DNA from: an uncultured Methanosarcinaceae archaeon | GTDB lineage: Archaea; Halobacteriota; Methanosarcinia; Methanosarcinales; Methanosarcinaceae | Reading direction: 5' to 3' | Length of the DNA: 64,000 bases | Assembly (NCBI GenBank): GCA_963847185.1 | Contig: CAWJYV010000010.1 | Span: forward strand, 224,001 to 288,000 | Part shown: in pieces, positions 48,774 to 59,474 of the stretch | How positions within the stretch are numbered: position 1 is the stretch's first letter | Layout: every line of letters begins with the position of its first letter | The notes under the pieces: generated by a model | The model's database searches: none | Told to the model about the DNA's origin: nothing | The model's input: the letters and a program-made list of their open reading frames with translations, nothing else | Translations under genes and position numbers: made by a program

Positions 48774-49841
48774 TCACTCTTTCTGCAGGTAAAAAGCAAT
48801 TGGAAAGCCAACTAAAGTAGGAATCCAGAATGAAAAAACCCTGTAACTGAGTATGGCAACAACCGCAATCGAACCAGGAACTCCAAGGCCCGTGTAAAGG
48901 GCAGCCATTGTACTCTCCACTATGCCTATTCCTCCCGGAAGGAGAAAAGCCATTTTTCCAAAGAGAAGGGGAAGGCCATATCCCACCAGCAGTATTTCGG
49001 GTCCAATTGGATATCCTGCAGCTATGAAAAAGAAGTAAAGAGTGAGCATATCAAAACCCGTGGAAATACCAGTTCCCAGTGCAGGCCTCTGCCAGCCTCC
49101 ATTACCCAGCATCTCGAGAGCTGCAAACATCCTGCCTGCTAAGATTTCGGCTGGAGCAGGGTCATAGGGTTTATGCAGGATCCGGGAAAAGTACGCTCCT
49201 ATCCTTACAATCATGCGTGTGAAACCTGCCCTGTTTCCTTTTCCCCAGCTGACAGCCAGGAGGCAAAGGCTAAGTAAAGCCAGGATCAGAAGAAAGATAA
49301 AGAACTGAACTGAAGAAAGCTTGTGGACTAATAAGAGATGCAGCATTCCGGCTATAGACAGTAACATTAAAGTTGCATTATTGAAAATTGTGGGCAGGGT
49401 GCCTGCAAGCCCAGAACCTTCTGCGCTGACGCCATGTTTCCTTACCCAGCGATAAGTGGCAGCCGCATTCCCAAAGGTGCCTCCTGCAAGCATTCCTATA
49501 CTTGAAGCTGCGAGTGTTATCAAAACTCCTTTTAACACTGAGAGGCGCTGGTCTACAATTGATACAACCGAATGCATGAGATAGCCAGTCCCCAGGTAAC
49601 TGATGATCTGGGCAAGAGCTGCAAGCAGCACAGCCCATAAAGTCATTGTCTTGATGACGTTAAGGGATGCTTCGACTGAGGCAAGTTGAGGGAGAATCAG
49701 GTGAACGGCCAATCCCGTCAGGATAAGGGTTGGAAGGTAACGGCCTGCCTTTAAAACCAGAGGTGGAGGAGATGTCAAGATTCTATAATTACGTTTTTCG
49801 TTTTTTTGTTCAACTCCATTTTCATTCCTGAAGCTATCCAT
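48774..49841 (-). CDS. UPF0104/lysylphosphatidylglycerol synthase TM-domain (flippase-like) protein
   Basis: LPGGIGIVE...YRVFSFWIP. Confidence 0.85.
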   Translation of the reverse strand: MDSFRNENGVEQKNEKRNYRILTSPPPLVLKAGRYLPTLILTGLAVHLILPQLASVEASLNVIKTMTLWAVLLAALAQIISYLGTGYLMHSVVSIVDQRLSVLKGVLITLAASSIGMLAGGTFGNAAATYRWVRKHGVSAEGSGLAGTLPTIFNNATLMLLSIAGMLHLLLVHKLSSVQFFIFLLILALLSLCLLAVSWGKGNRAGFTRMIVRIGAYFSRILHKPYDPAPAEILAGRMFAALEMLGNGGWQRPALGTGISTGFDMLTLYFFFIAAGYPIGPEILLVGYGLPLLFGKMAFLLPGGIGIVESTMAALYTGLGVPGSIAVVAILSYRVFSFWIPTLVGFPIAFYLQKE

Positions 49842-50037
49842 TTTTCATTCCTCTTATCCTGAACACGTTTATTTTATTCATCTCTCAAAGTCATTTTTTA
49901 ATATTATGGGTATCATTATAGGCTCAAAGTTTATACGTGAAAGACAAGATACTCTTGAAAAATTATAATTAATTTCTTAAAATATTTTATAGTAAAATAT
50001 CACAGCTTTTAATAATTATTAAGGATAATTCATTCCC

Positions 50038-50310
50038 ATGGCAGAGAGAGTATATATTCTTATTCCTATTATTTATGCTGTTCTCAACGCAGTTTCTTTT
50101 GCTCTATATGGTATGGATAAATTCAAGGCAAAAAGGGATAAATGGAGAGTTTCAGAACAGACTTTACTTGTTGTCTCTCTTTTCGGGCCAATCGGTGCCT
50201 GGCTTGGTATGCAATATTTCAGGCATAAGACTCAGAAACCCATGTTCAGATATCTGATTCCTTTATTTATAGGAGTTCACATTATCTTTGTGTTCTGGAA
50301 TAGTCTGTAA
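50038..50310 (+). CDS. DUF1294 family small membrane protein
   Basis: LYGMDKFKA...WRVSE..L...GAWLGM..FRHKTQK. Confidence 0.9.
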   Translation: MAERVYILIPIIYAVLNAVSFALYGMDKFKAKRDKWRVSEQTLLVVSLFGPIGAWLGMQYFRHKTQKPMFRYLIPLFIGVHIIFVFWNSL

Positions 50311-50733
50311 GCCAAAGAAAATTGGTTCCAGGCTTTTTGGTTGCTGAGTTTTCGGAGATTTCTTCAAAATATAACATTTCTCTTGTTATCGTTTTTGGAG
50401 AGTTATTCGAAAATTTGCATTTATTATCTCAACTGAAGCTTAGAAAAATAGCTGATGAAGTTTTCAATGAAGGCAAAATGCAGAAAATTTTAGGAAATTT
50501 CAAAAATATTTGTTTGAGTAAACAAGATTGTTTTCAGAAAAAACGATAGCAAGAAAAATTGTGAAAATTGAAGACCTGCGGAAAGTCGGATTATGATAAG
50601 TTTTAGGAAAAAGAGTTGTAATAAAAGAACTATTACCGAAAGGAGTAAAAAAAGTATTTTAAGATAAAAAGTTAAATTTCAGATAGATTATAAAAAATTC
50701 AAAATTTCGGAAATTTCGGAGATTTGAATGGAA

Positions 50734-51018
50734 TCACTTGGATAATTCCTCTTCTACCTCTTCAGCTCCTTCTTCAAGTTCCTTCTTTTGCTGGGGGTCA
50801 AACCGAAGTAAGAGAGCCTGAAACTCGCCTATGTGTGTTTTTTCTTCCTTTGCGATATCCAGAAGGATGGTTCTGATATCTGGATTCTTGGTCAGATTTG
50901 CCATCTGTTCATAAAGGTTTATGGCATCGAGCTCTGCTATCATCCCTGCTCTGAGAATTTCTTTATCAAGGTCTTCTGCAGATATGCTTTTAAGGTCGAT
51001 CGGTATTTGAGACAACAT
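50734..51018 (-). CDS. Small ferritin-like protein (encapsulated-ferritin/half-rubrerythrin type)
   Basis: AELDAINLYEQ...EEKTHIGEF ferroxidase motifs; 94 aa. Confidence 0.85.
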   Translation of the reverse strand: MLSQIPIDLKSISAEDLDKEILRAGMIAELDAINLYEQMANLTKNPDIRTILLDIAKEEKTHIGEFQALLLRFDPQQKKELEEGAEEVEEELSK

Positions 51019-51161
51019 ATATTACTTACTCCTTCTTTTTTATATGCATATCAAGTAATAAATATTTTACCAAACTGAATAATTTTTTAAGTTTTTGAAG
51101 CTTTCATTCTTAAAACTTTTACATTCATTGACCTTTCCGGGACCAGGATAATATCTATGGC

Positions 51162-52310
51162 TTATCCTGGGTAGTTGATCCTGTAAATCGCATTGTTTTT
51201 ATCATCCGATACAAGCAGAGCTCCGTCAGGCATTACAAGAACATCAACAGGCCTTCCCCAGGCTGCAAGCCCCTGCAGCCATCCCTCGGCAAAGGGCTCG
51301 TAACTCACAGCTTTTCCGTTTTCCATTTTTACAAGGGTAACTCTGTATCCGATTGGGATTTTCCTGTTCCAGGAACCGTGCTCGGCAATAAAGATCTGGT
51401 TTCTGTACTCTTCAGGAAACATTGTGCCTGTGTAAAAGGTCATCCCAAGAGCAGCCACATGAGGACCCAGTTTAATCTCAGGAGCTGTGAATTCCGAACA
51501 GTTCCTAAGTCCTCCGAATTCAGGGTCAGGAATATCACCTGCATGGCAGTAGGGGAATCCAAAATGCATTCCCTGTACGGGTGCCCTGTTCAGTTCATCA
51601 GGAGGTAAATCATCTCCCAGCCAGTCTCGCCCATTATCCGTAAACCATAACTCCCCCGTTTCAGGGTTCCAGTCAAAACCTACTGTGTTCCTGATCCCCT
51701 TTGCAAAAATCTCAGGCTGGCTTCCGTCAGGCTCCATCCTCATAATCGTCCCGTAGCGTTCATCTTCCCCTTCTTTATTACAGACATTGCAGGGCATTCC
51801 CACAGGAACGTACAGCTTTCCGTCAGGTCCGAACTTGATATATTTCCAGCCGTGTGCCTGGTCTGATGGGAAATTATCATTAACGACAACGGGATCAGGC
51901 GGGTTTTCAAGCCTTGATTCTATATTATCGTAGCGAAGTACCCTGGAAATTTCGGCAACATATAGCGAACCGTTCCTGAAAGCAACGCCATTTGGCATAT
52001 TCAGGTCTTCAGCAAGCACAAGCACGTTATCAGCTTTACTGTCGTTGTTCCTGTCAAGAACTGCATAAACCTTTCCTGCATCCCTGCTTCCGACAAAAAG
52101 AGTGCCGTCAGGACTCAGGGCCATTGACCTTGCACCTTCAATATTTTCTGCATAATAATCGATGGAAAAACCTGGCGGAAGCCTGATACAGGCAGGACCT
52201 GTTCCGTTTTCTCCGCAATCGTTTAATGGAATGGTTCTCAGGACGGCATAAGTTGCGAAAATAAGGAAAATTAAGACAAAAAGCCCAAGTATTATATTTC
52301 TCCCTTTCAT
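51162..52310 (-). CDS. PQQ-dependent sugar/sorbosone dehydrogenase family beta-propeller
   Basis: GIRNTVGFDW, TDNGRD and AEHGSWNR; N-terminal anchor. Confidence 0.88.
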   Translation of the reverse strand: MKGRNIILGLFVLIFLIFATYAVLRTIPLNDCGENGTGPACIRLPPGFSIDYYAENIEGARSMALSPDGTLFVGSRDAGKVYAVLDRNNDSKADNVLVLAEDLNMPNGVAFRNGSLYVAEISRVLRYDNIESRLENPPDPVVVNDNFPSDQAHGWKYIKFGPDGKLYVPVGMPCNVCNKEGEDERYGTIMRMEPDGSQPEIFAKGIRNTVGFDWNPETGELWFTDNGRDWLGDDLPPDELNRAPVQGMHFGFPYCHAGDIPDPEFGGLRNCSEFTAPEIKLGPHVAALGMTFYTGTMFPEEYRNQIFIAEHGSWNRKIPIGYRVTLVKMENGKAVSYEPFAEGWLQGLAAWGRPVDVLVMPDGALLVSDDKNNAIYRINYPG

Positions 52311-52394
52311 TTTCCCCTCCAGTTAGCTCTAGATTGATTGTTACCATCTAGCTCTAAATTGATTTTTTAAAACTAATTGTCATTAAATTAGTTG

Positions 52395-52946
52395 TCATAC
52401 GAGAACTTTTGCAGCTTCAAAAAGTTCTCTTTCAACCTCAGGTTTCGAATACCCATCCCCTCTCCAGCGTATGATTCCCTTCCCGTCCAGCAAAAATACA
52501 TAGGCGGAATTCGTATTCTCCATCACGAGGGTTTTCTGATAGCCTGAGTAGTTCCCATAAAATGTAACCACATTATCGTGCTTCTCTATGGGAATTCCAC
52601 CTCTCATTCCTGAGTCAATTATCCAGGAGAAAACCTTCCATGCCGCGTTTATCATCGGGATTTCGTAGACAATAAACCTGCTGTCTTTTCCGAATTCCTT
52701 TTCAAATGGCTGAACCCATGAATCAATCATGCTCTGGGCACTTCGTATAAAAGCAATGCATATGAGTGTCACCTTTCCTTCCACGTCCTTTGGAAGGGTT
52801 ACAACCCTGCCTGCAAGGGATTTTGATCTAATCTCAGGAAAAGGTTGCCCTATAATATTTCGTTCGACTCTCTCAGGAACCGTACCTCCTTTTAAAGTAG
52901 CCTGCTTTAAAGTACCCCACTTTAAAGTGCCCTGCTCTTCTTTTAT
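52395..52946 (-). CDS. ATP10-like thioredoxin-fold protein, probable non-ATG start
   Basis: The frame is open upstream of the track start through GQPFP...SLAGRVVTLP. GGAGGG lies 6 nt before ATA-AAA-GAA at 52946. Confidence 0.7.
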   Translation of the reverse strand: MKEEQGTLKWGTLKQATLKGGTVPERVERNIIGQPFPEIRSKSLAGRVVTLPKDVEGKVTLICIAFIRSAQSMIDSWVQPFEKEFGKDSRFIVYEIPMINAAWKVFSWIIDSGMRGGIPIEKHDNVVTFYGNYSGYQKTLVMENTNSAYVFLLDGKGIIRWRGDGYSKPEVERELFEAAKVLV

Positions 52947-53515
52947 GAAATTCCCTCCATCACGAATTCAGAATAAAAAGCCTTGAACAAAAAATGAGCT
53001 CATTGTTATTATAATATTTCTCAACTATATGGAAATGCTTTTTTAAGCCAAATACAGGATCAGGCAATCACGGAAAAAAACGTGTTTTTATGAAATTGAA
53101 GATGATGAGAAGATAACTCATGGCTTGTAAATGAATATACAATATAACTTTTATAATTTCAAATAAGTAAAGGGTTTAATTTATACCCATTATTATTTAT
53201 AAAAAGCTTATTTTGTATAACTTTTAGCGAAATAATTCAAAAAAAAGAAAAGCTTATATTTTTTTATCTCAATACTGTTTAAAGTATTATGAATTAGCAT
53301 CTCCCTCAAAGAGATATGCTGAGATCTCGAATAAGATCATGGAATAATTAAAGCGTCTAAGAATTGCAGTTTTTCTGAAAATGTGAAGCCTTTTATTAAG
53401 AAAATCAGATTGCCTCTGGTTCTATCTTGATTTTATCTTTAAGGCTCCGTATTTAACTATTCTCAGAATTTGAATCTAGTAACCATAAATCAAAGATTGA
53501 AATCCTTTCTGGAGA

Positions 53516-54634
53516 ATGAGCAGTGTGATCACAATTAAAGTACTCAAATCCTTTCTCTTGTTGCTCTGCATAACTTTTGCTTTCTTTGTTTCAGGCTGTG
53601 CAGAAAAAGATCTCAGTGCAGATGAAATTGCAACTCAGGTGATGGAGAAAGAGAACAGTATTGAAGATTATTCGTATATAATGGACGTGACCTACTACTA
53701 CGGAGAAAAGACAACAACAACTGAATTTAAGACCATGTTCAAAAAGCCAAACCTGATTAAAAATATAGCGATAGAATCAGGAAAAGAGAACGGGACATTA
53801 CTTGTTTCGGATGGAGAGTTCACGTGGACCTATGCTCCGGATACAAATACAGTTATAAAAACAAAAATTCCTGAAGCTCAGAAATTAGGTAAAAGTGACT
53901 ACGCTCAGTTCATAAGTGGATTACTAAATGATACAAATGTAACGCTACTTGGTATTGAAGAAGTAGACAATAGATCTACCTTCTTACTGGAAACAACCCC
54001 TAAAAAAACAGCTGAGGATTATCAGCTTGTAAGCAGAACAAAAATCTGGGTAGACAAGGAAACATGGATGCCTTTAAAGTATGAAATATACGATAGCAAC
54101 AAAAATCTAACTATAAAGATTGAAATCCGAGATCTAAAAGTCAATATAGGAATTCCGGACTCTGAATTTATGTTCGACATACCTGAAGGAGCAAAAATAA
54201 AAACTGTGGACCTGGAGGAAGTTCTTGAACCGCCTGAAGAATTAACCCTTGAAGAAGCCAGAGAGCAAGCAAGCTTTGAAATTCTTACCCCAGAATACGT
54301 ACCTGAAGGCTACACATTTAATTATTCTACAGTCCACAATAACAGTGAAATTGTCCCTGATGGCCAGGCAGCCGAAACAGTCATCCTGACATACACAAAA
54401 GAGGAAGCCAGCATAATTCTTGCAGAAACTCTATATGAAGGCAAGCCAGAAGATTCTACAACTGTTGATTTTGGAGAAGATATTGAGATTAACGGGATAG
54501 AAGGAAAATACCTTGTCCTTGGGGATATGAAAATTTTAAGGTGGAAAATGGTAAATATTGATCTTAGCCTTAATGCTCCTCTGGAAAAAGCTGAGCTTTT
54601 GAAAATAGCAGAGTCAGTGTCGGTAAAAGAATAA
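53516..54634 (+). CDS. LolA-like lipoprotein (DUF2092/DUF4367 type)
   Basis: VSGC lipobox, FKKPN, VSDGEFTWTY.P and KIWVDKETWMPLK; P.YVPEGY C-terminal domain. Confidence 0.85.
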   Translation: MSSVITIKVLKSFLLLLCITFAFFVSGCAEKDLSADEIATQVMEKENSIEDYSYIMDVTYYYGEKTTTTEFKTMFKKPNLIKNIAIESGKENGTLLVSDGEFTWTYAPDTNTVIKTKIPEAQKLGKSDYAQFISGLLNDTNVTLLGIEEVDNRSTFLLETTPKKTAEDYQLVSRTKIWVDKETWMPLKYEIYDSNKNLTIKIEIRDLKVNIGIPDSEFMFDIPEGAKIKTVDLEEVLEPPEELTLEEAREQASFEILTPEYVPEGYTFNYSTVHNNSEIVPDGQAAETVILTYTKEEASIILAETLYEGKPEDSTTVDFGEDIEINGIEGKYLVLGDMKILRWKMVNIDLSLNAPLEKAELLKIAESVSVKE

Positions 54635-54864
54635 TATTCTAATTCAGATCAAAAACGGATAAGATCGATAAAAAAATCAAATATAAAATCGAAGCAAGAA
54701 TAAAGGAGTAAAGCCCTGAAGCCTTTACCATCCTTTAAGATTATTTTTTCCATTGGTATCCGTACATCTGTGTTTTACTGATTGGTCTTGGATCTAAAAA
54801 GCATATTAATACTTTCACCCTACATTCTCAAGCCTTTTTTACCTGTTTTATCCTATCTTAGGTA

Positions 54865-55983
54865 ATGCAAGCCTCCAATTCTAAAAAAAGCAACCCTGAA
54901 AGGCGCATTACCTTTCATGTGGATATGGACAGCTTTTTTGCATCCATAGAGGTCAGAGAGAAACCAGAACTGAAAGGAATGCCTGTTATTGTTGGTTCTG
55001 ACCCTAAAAGGGGGTCAGGAAGAGGAGTTGTGAGCACCTGCTCGTACGAGGCAAGAAGCTATGGTATCCATTCTGCAATGCCTATCTCACAGGCCTACAG
55101 GCTCTGTCCAGATGCAGTCTTTTTGCCTGTGAACATGAAACTATATGCTGGGGTTTCTGCGAGAGTAATGGAACTTTTGAAGGAGTTTGCAGAAAAATTT
55201 CAGCAGACCAGTGTTGACGAAGCCTATCTTGTACCAGGGCCGGAGATAAGGAATTTTGAAGAGGCTGCCCTTTATGCCCTGAGCATAAAAGACGAAGTCC
55301 ATAAACAGGAAAGAATTACCTGTTCCGTAGGGGTTGGACCAAATAAGCTAATTGCAAAGATCGCGTCAGGCTTTCAGAAGCCCGATGGGCTTACAGTTGT
55401 CAGGCCTGCAGATGTTAGAGATTTTCTTTTTCCTTTGCATGTTTCAAAAATTCCTGGAATAGGAGAAAAAACAACAGAAACCCTGGAAGAGATGGGAATT
55501 ACCAGGGTTGAAGAGCTTGCAAACTTCGACATCCAGTTGCTTTCGCAAAGGTTTGGAAAAATGGGGTTTCGGATGAAGCAGATGGCAAATGGACTTGATT
55601 TTGAGGACGTTAAGGAGAAGGAGGGAGTAAAGTCCATAAGCAGGCACGGGACCTTTGAGGAAGACACAAATGACCCTGTAAAGATTGGGAAGACTCTGGA
55701 TATGCTTGCTGAGAGTGTGCACGATTCTCTCCTTAAACACAGTTATCTTTTCAAAACCGTGACACTAATAGTGCGTTTTGAGGACTTTTCCACGTATACA
55801 CGCTCAAAAACAGTCCCTATCTGGACTTCGGATCTCTTTGTGATTAAGAGAACAGCCATACAGCTCCTTTTGGAATTTCTCGGGAGACAAAAATTCAGGC
55901 TTGTAGGTATAGGAGTTACAAAACTCAGAGAAAGAGATGAGAGGCAGAGCCTTATTACGGACTTTATTACTGATTTTGCATGA
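54865..55983 (+). CDS. dinB: DNA polymerase IV (Y family)
   Basis: HVDMDSFFASIE, CSYEAR, SVDEAYL and KPDG. Confidence 0.95.
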   Translation: MQASNSKKSNPERRITFHVDMDSFFASIEVREKPELKGMPVIVGSDPKRGSGRGVVSTCSYEARSYGIHSAMPISQAYRLCPDAVFLPVNMKLYAGVSARVMELLKEFAEKFQQTSVDEAYLVPGPEIRNFEEAALYALSIKDEVHKQERITCSVGVGPNKLIAKIASGFQKPDGLTVVRPADVRDFLFPLHVSKIPGIGEKTTETLEEMGITRVEELANFDIQLLSQRFGKMGFRMKQMANGLDFEDVKEKEGVKSISRHGTFEEDTNDPVKIGKTLDMLAESVHDSLLKHSYLFKTVTLIVRFEDFSTYTRSKTVPIWTSDLFVIKRTAIQLLLEFLGRQKFRLVGIGVTKLRERDERQSLITDFITDFA

Positions 55984-56157
55984 CATTCTTTATTGTTCAA
56001 TCCTGTACTCTTTAGTGGTCGATTCTATTCTTTAGTGGTCGATTCTGCGTCCGATCTTCAGTTTCAAATCCGAATTATGCAGATGAGACTCAAAATAAGT
56101 TTTCCAGGGTAGACAAAATGGAATGTTTATATATTTTAAAAAGACCTTATTAGATCA

Positions 56158-57189
56158 ATGGAAAGACTTGTAAAAATGGCTTTAGCCCTTCTCATTATCA
56201 TTATCCTGACTGCGGTTATTGTTTATGCCTCACTTCCATATCTAAATTATTTTTTTGGAGCTTTCATCCTTTATATTATATTCAGATCTCTTTATCAGTT
56301 TCTCGTAAAAAAAGTGCGGATTCGAAAGCAATTTGCAGCAGTTATGGTAATAATTGTTTCGATCTTTGTTGTAATGATTCCTTTTTATTACCTTATAAGT
56401 ACAATTGTCGGAGAAATCCAGCAGCTTTTAGTTAATAGAGAATCTATCATCGTGTCTATTCAGATAGGAGGCAAATTTCTAACTCATTATATCTCAAGCC
56501 TTGATATTCCTCTTGAGACCCTCCAGACTAAGATACAGGAAAAAATAATGGATATTGCTTCTGAGTCTGTCAATTATACAAGCAAGTTTGTTCTGGGTTC
56601 TATCCAGAGTCTGAGCAGGCAATCTATAGGCTTACTGATCATGTATTTTTTGCTTTATTATCTTTTGACAGGAGAAGACTCGGATTTTGCACATAAAGTA
56701 CATCTCGCAATTCCATTCAATGAAGAAAATACAGCCACTCTTCTGGATGAGTTTAAAAGAATTGTCCGGACAACTCTTACGGCCAGCGGGGCTGTAGCCT
56801 TTGTCCAAGGAGGGATTCTGACCATCACTTTTCTCTTTTTTGATGTCCAGGGAGCTTTTCTCTGGGGTTCTATTGCAGCAATCCTTTCTTTTTTGCCTGT
56901 TGTCGGAGCTCCTCTGGTCTGGGTTCCTGCAGCCATCATACAGTTCCTTCAGGCGGATTACATTGCAGGAATTGCTATCCTTGCAGCAGGAGTCTTTGTA
57001 AGTGTTATAGACAACTTCCTGAGGCCTGTTATCCAGAAAAAAGTCGGGGAAATCCATCCTCTTCTTTCCCTTCTCGGGATTGTAATAGGTGTGTCCCTTT
57101 TCGGCTTAATAGGAATTGTTATAGGCCCCCTTTTACTGTCTTACTTCATCCTGACCGTTGAAATGTTTTCAAGAGAGTATCTTTCTTAG
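56158..57189 (+). CDS. AI-2E family transporter
   Basis: FLPVVGAPLVWVP, IDNFLRP and GIVIGPLL. Confidence 0.9.
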   Translation: MERLVKMALALLIIIILTAVIVYASLPYLNYFFGAFILYIIFRSLYQFLVKKVRIRKQFAAVMVIIVSIFVVMIPFYYLISTIVGEIQQLLVNRESIIVSIQIGGKFLTHYISSLDIPLETLQTKIQEKIMDIASESVNYTSKFVLGSIQSLSRQSIGLLIMYFLLYYLLTGEDSDFAHKVHLAIPFNEENTATLLDEFKRIVRTTLTASGAVAFVQGGILTITFLFFDVQGAFLWGSIAAILSFLPVVGAPLVWVPAAIIQFLQADYIAGIAILAAGVFVSVIDNFLRPVIQKKVGEIHPLLSLLGIVIGVSLFGLIGIVIGPLLLSYFILTVEMFSREYLS

Positions 57190-57219
57190 ACGGAGCGAAT
57201 TTCTTAGAAGGAACGAAAT

Positions 57220-58129
57220 GTGCAGATAGAAATCCTGGGATGCGAATCTTTTGGGGCAAGATCTCTTGCCTGCGTTGTAAAGACTGATGAAAGAAAGGTT
57301 CTAATTGATCCGGGGGTCGCCCTTGCACGTTTACGTTCCGGGCTACTCCCTCACCCTTTGGAAGTTGCTGCTGCCTTAAGGATAAGAGAAAAAATCCTTT
57401 TTGCGTTTGAAGAAGCAACAGACCTTGTTATCAGCCATTACCACGGGGATCATATGCCAATGAAGTCTGAAGATCCATACCAGCTACCTGTGGAATCCCT
57501 TCCTTCCCTTGGAGGAATAAGTTTCTGGTGCAAAGGTTCTGAAAAAATTTCAGGCCTTTCTGCAAGGCGAAGAAACGAATTCGTCTGATTTTCTAGGTTT
57601 CTCTCTTCCTGCTTCTGAAGGCAGGAGTTCTGAAAATATTGATTTTTCATTTCCTGTCCCGCACGGGGTCCGAGGCAAGGGTTTTGGAACCGTAATGATG
57701 ACCCGTATCTATGAAGGAGATGAGGTTTTTGTTCACGCTTCGGACATCCAGCTGCTGGACAGGGAAGCAGTCCTTGAGGTGCTTGCCTGGAAACCTACAA
57801 TTGTTTTTGCCTCAGGCCCTCCTCTTTATCTTTCTCAGCGTGTTCCTGAGGTCAGAAAAGAAGCCTTTGAAAACGCCCTTCTTCTTGCAAGAAGTGTAGA
57901 CACATTGATTCTGGATCATCACCTGCTAAGGTCTTTTGAGGGCTACACGTGGTTAAAAGAGCTTGCTGAAAAGGTGGAGAACAGAGTTCTGTGTGCTGCG
58001 GAGTTTATGGGAAAAAAACCTGAGCTTCTTGAAGCTCAAAGAAAAATCCTTTATGAAAAATTGCACGTGCCTTCAGGATGGCATGAAGCCTATGCAAATG
58101 GTAAGGCGGGTTTTGAGAAATATGTCTGA
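57220..58129 (+). pseudogene. MBL-fold metallo-hydrolase (UPF0282-like) split by a +1 frameshift near 57583
   Basis: ESFGARS, DPG and ISHYHGDH in part 1. Removing one base gives EFSDFLG...PVPHG...HASDIQ...LDHHLLR. Confidence 0.85.
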
Positions 58130-58354
58130 CAGGGTTTTGGGGAATATATCCTCTCGTGTTGTGTCAGCGATAAAATATCGTATAATTCGATTATAACAAT
58201 TCAGAATTTTTCAACTCTTGATGATTGACGAGACACTAGGACTTTGAGGATATGTCTGATAGAAATTTGAGAAGATATCTTACAGGCTGTCATTATCTGC
58301 CAGTATACAGAATTCTCTTCAAACCTCGTGCTTTTTGGTCAGAAGGCAGCTGTT

Positions 58355-59164
58355 TCAGATAGATCGATCGCTGTAGTTATTTATATCTTGAATCCGTCTG
58401 GAGAATCGCTCGTAGTAATCATACAGTTCTTTTCCCCAGGCCAGAGCACCGGGCTCAAAGCTAATAAGATATTTCCGGTCAAAGACAGTATTTTTCGGGA
58501 AAAGAGCAATTGCCATAAAATTGTCTGCCGATAAGACAGCAGGAATTCTTTCGCAGTCAGAGCAGACGAAAAGTCTGGCATTTTCTAATTGTATAAATTT
58601 TTCAGTTTGTTCTCTGTAGTCTTCAACCCACCTTTTCAGGACAGCTTCAGGAAGAACGAGTGATATAGGCACTCCTTTTTCGGCAATTCCGAGATAGAAG
58701 GAAGGAAAGAGAGGATGAAAATAAGGAAGTGCAATTTCCAGCTTTTTTGCCATTTCCGCATTTTTAACGTACTCTGGAATCAGCTCAAATATCTGGTCTA
58801 TCTGTGGTTCGATTGTAGTGGAGTGCCCAATCTCATTGATGCGCCGCAAAAGAAAAAGAGGAATCTCGCTTATTTCTCTGTTAGCCCAGTAATCTGCGTT
58901 TTCTTCTAGAACAGAAAGAGTATCTACAAGAGGTTTCATTTTATCCGCAATAATTTTTCCTATCTCACTGAGCCTGTAGAGACCTTTATCCTGAACCACA
59001 AGGTGCTTTTCTTTGAGCATCTTTACCTGCGGCTGAAGTGAGGTTGCACTGGCATTGAGAGCTTTTTTAATTGTTTCTATATCCTTTGGCCCTTCAAGCA
59101 GGAGGAGAAGCACATTTTTCCTTTTTTCGGAGAGGAGAATGAGATCAAGTAAAGAGTTTTCCAT
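58355..59164 (-). CDS. Winged-helix transcriptional regulator (ArsR-like HTH plus DUF1724/FilR1-type domain)
   Basis: SEKRKNVLLLL.EGP, Y.LS.IG and ALAWGKELY. ATG at 59164 with AGGTG SD. Confidence 0.85.
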   Translation of the reverse strand: MENSLLDLILLSEKRKNVLLLLLEGPKDIETIKKALNASATSLQPQVKMLKEKHLVVQDKGLYRLSEIGKIIADKMKPLVDTLSVLEENADYWANREISEIPLFLLRRINEIGHSTTIEPQIDQIFELIPEYVKNAEMAKKLEIALPYFHPLFPSFYLGIAEKGVPISLVLPEAVLKRWVEDYREQTEKFIQLENARLFVCSDCERIPAVLSADNFMAIALFPKNTVFDRKYLISFEPGALAWGKELYDYYERFSRRIQDINNYSDRSI

Positions 59165-59306
59165 ATTATGCACCTAAACCAGACGCTTATAGTCTCATAG
59201 TAATTAAGATACTGAACTTGTGTAATTATAAAGGATACACGACAAATCCAAGATCTGCTAGTGTACCGAAATGTGCTCGTACATTGACTTATGCTTGTAC
59301 ATGAAG

Positions 59307-59348
59307 TATACTCGTGAACCTGTAGATTTATACTCGTGAACCTGTAGA
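59307..59348. repeat. 20-bp direct repeat (TATACTCGTGAACCTGTAGA), 2 copies, upstream of the regulator
   Basis: 22-bp period, about two helical turns. Confidence 0.75.
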
Positions 59349-59474
59349 CCTGAAGATTTGTTATTGATATATTATTCCTTCCAGTTATAAACCCATACAT
59401 TTTAATTTTTCATTTTTTATAAAATAATTTTTGTGAGTGTTATTTTACTCTTAGGAATTTTTTATTAAAAAATT

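Noticed and set aside
57586-57588. Selenocysteine or read-through at the TGA in the MBL gene
   Set aside because: The downstream coding sequence is in a different frame, so this is a frameshift rather than an in-frame stop.
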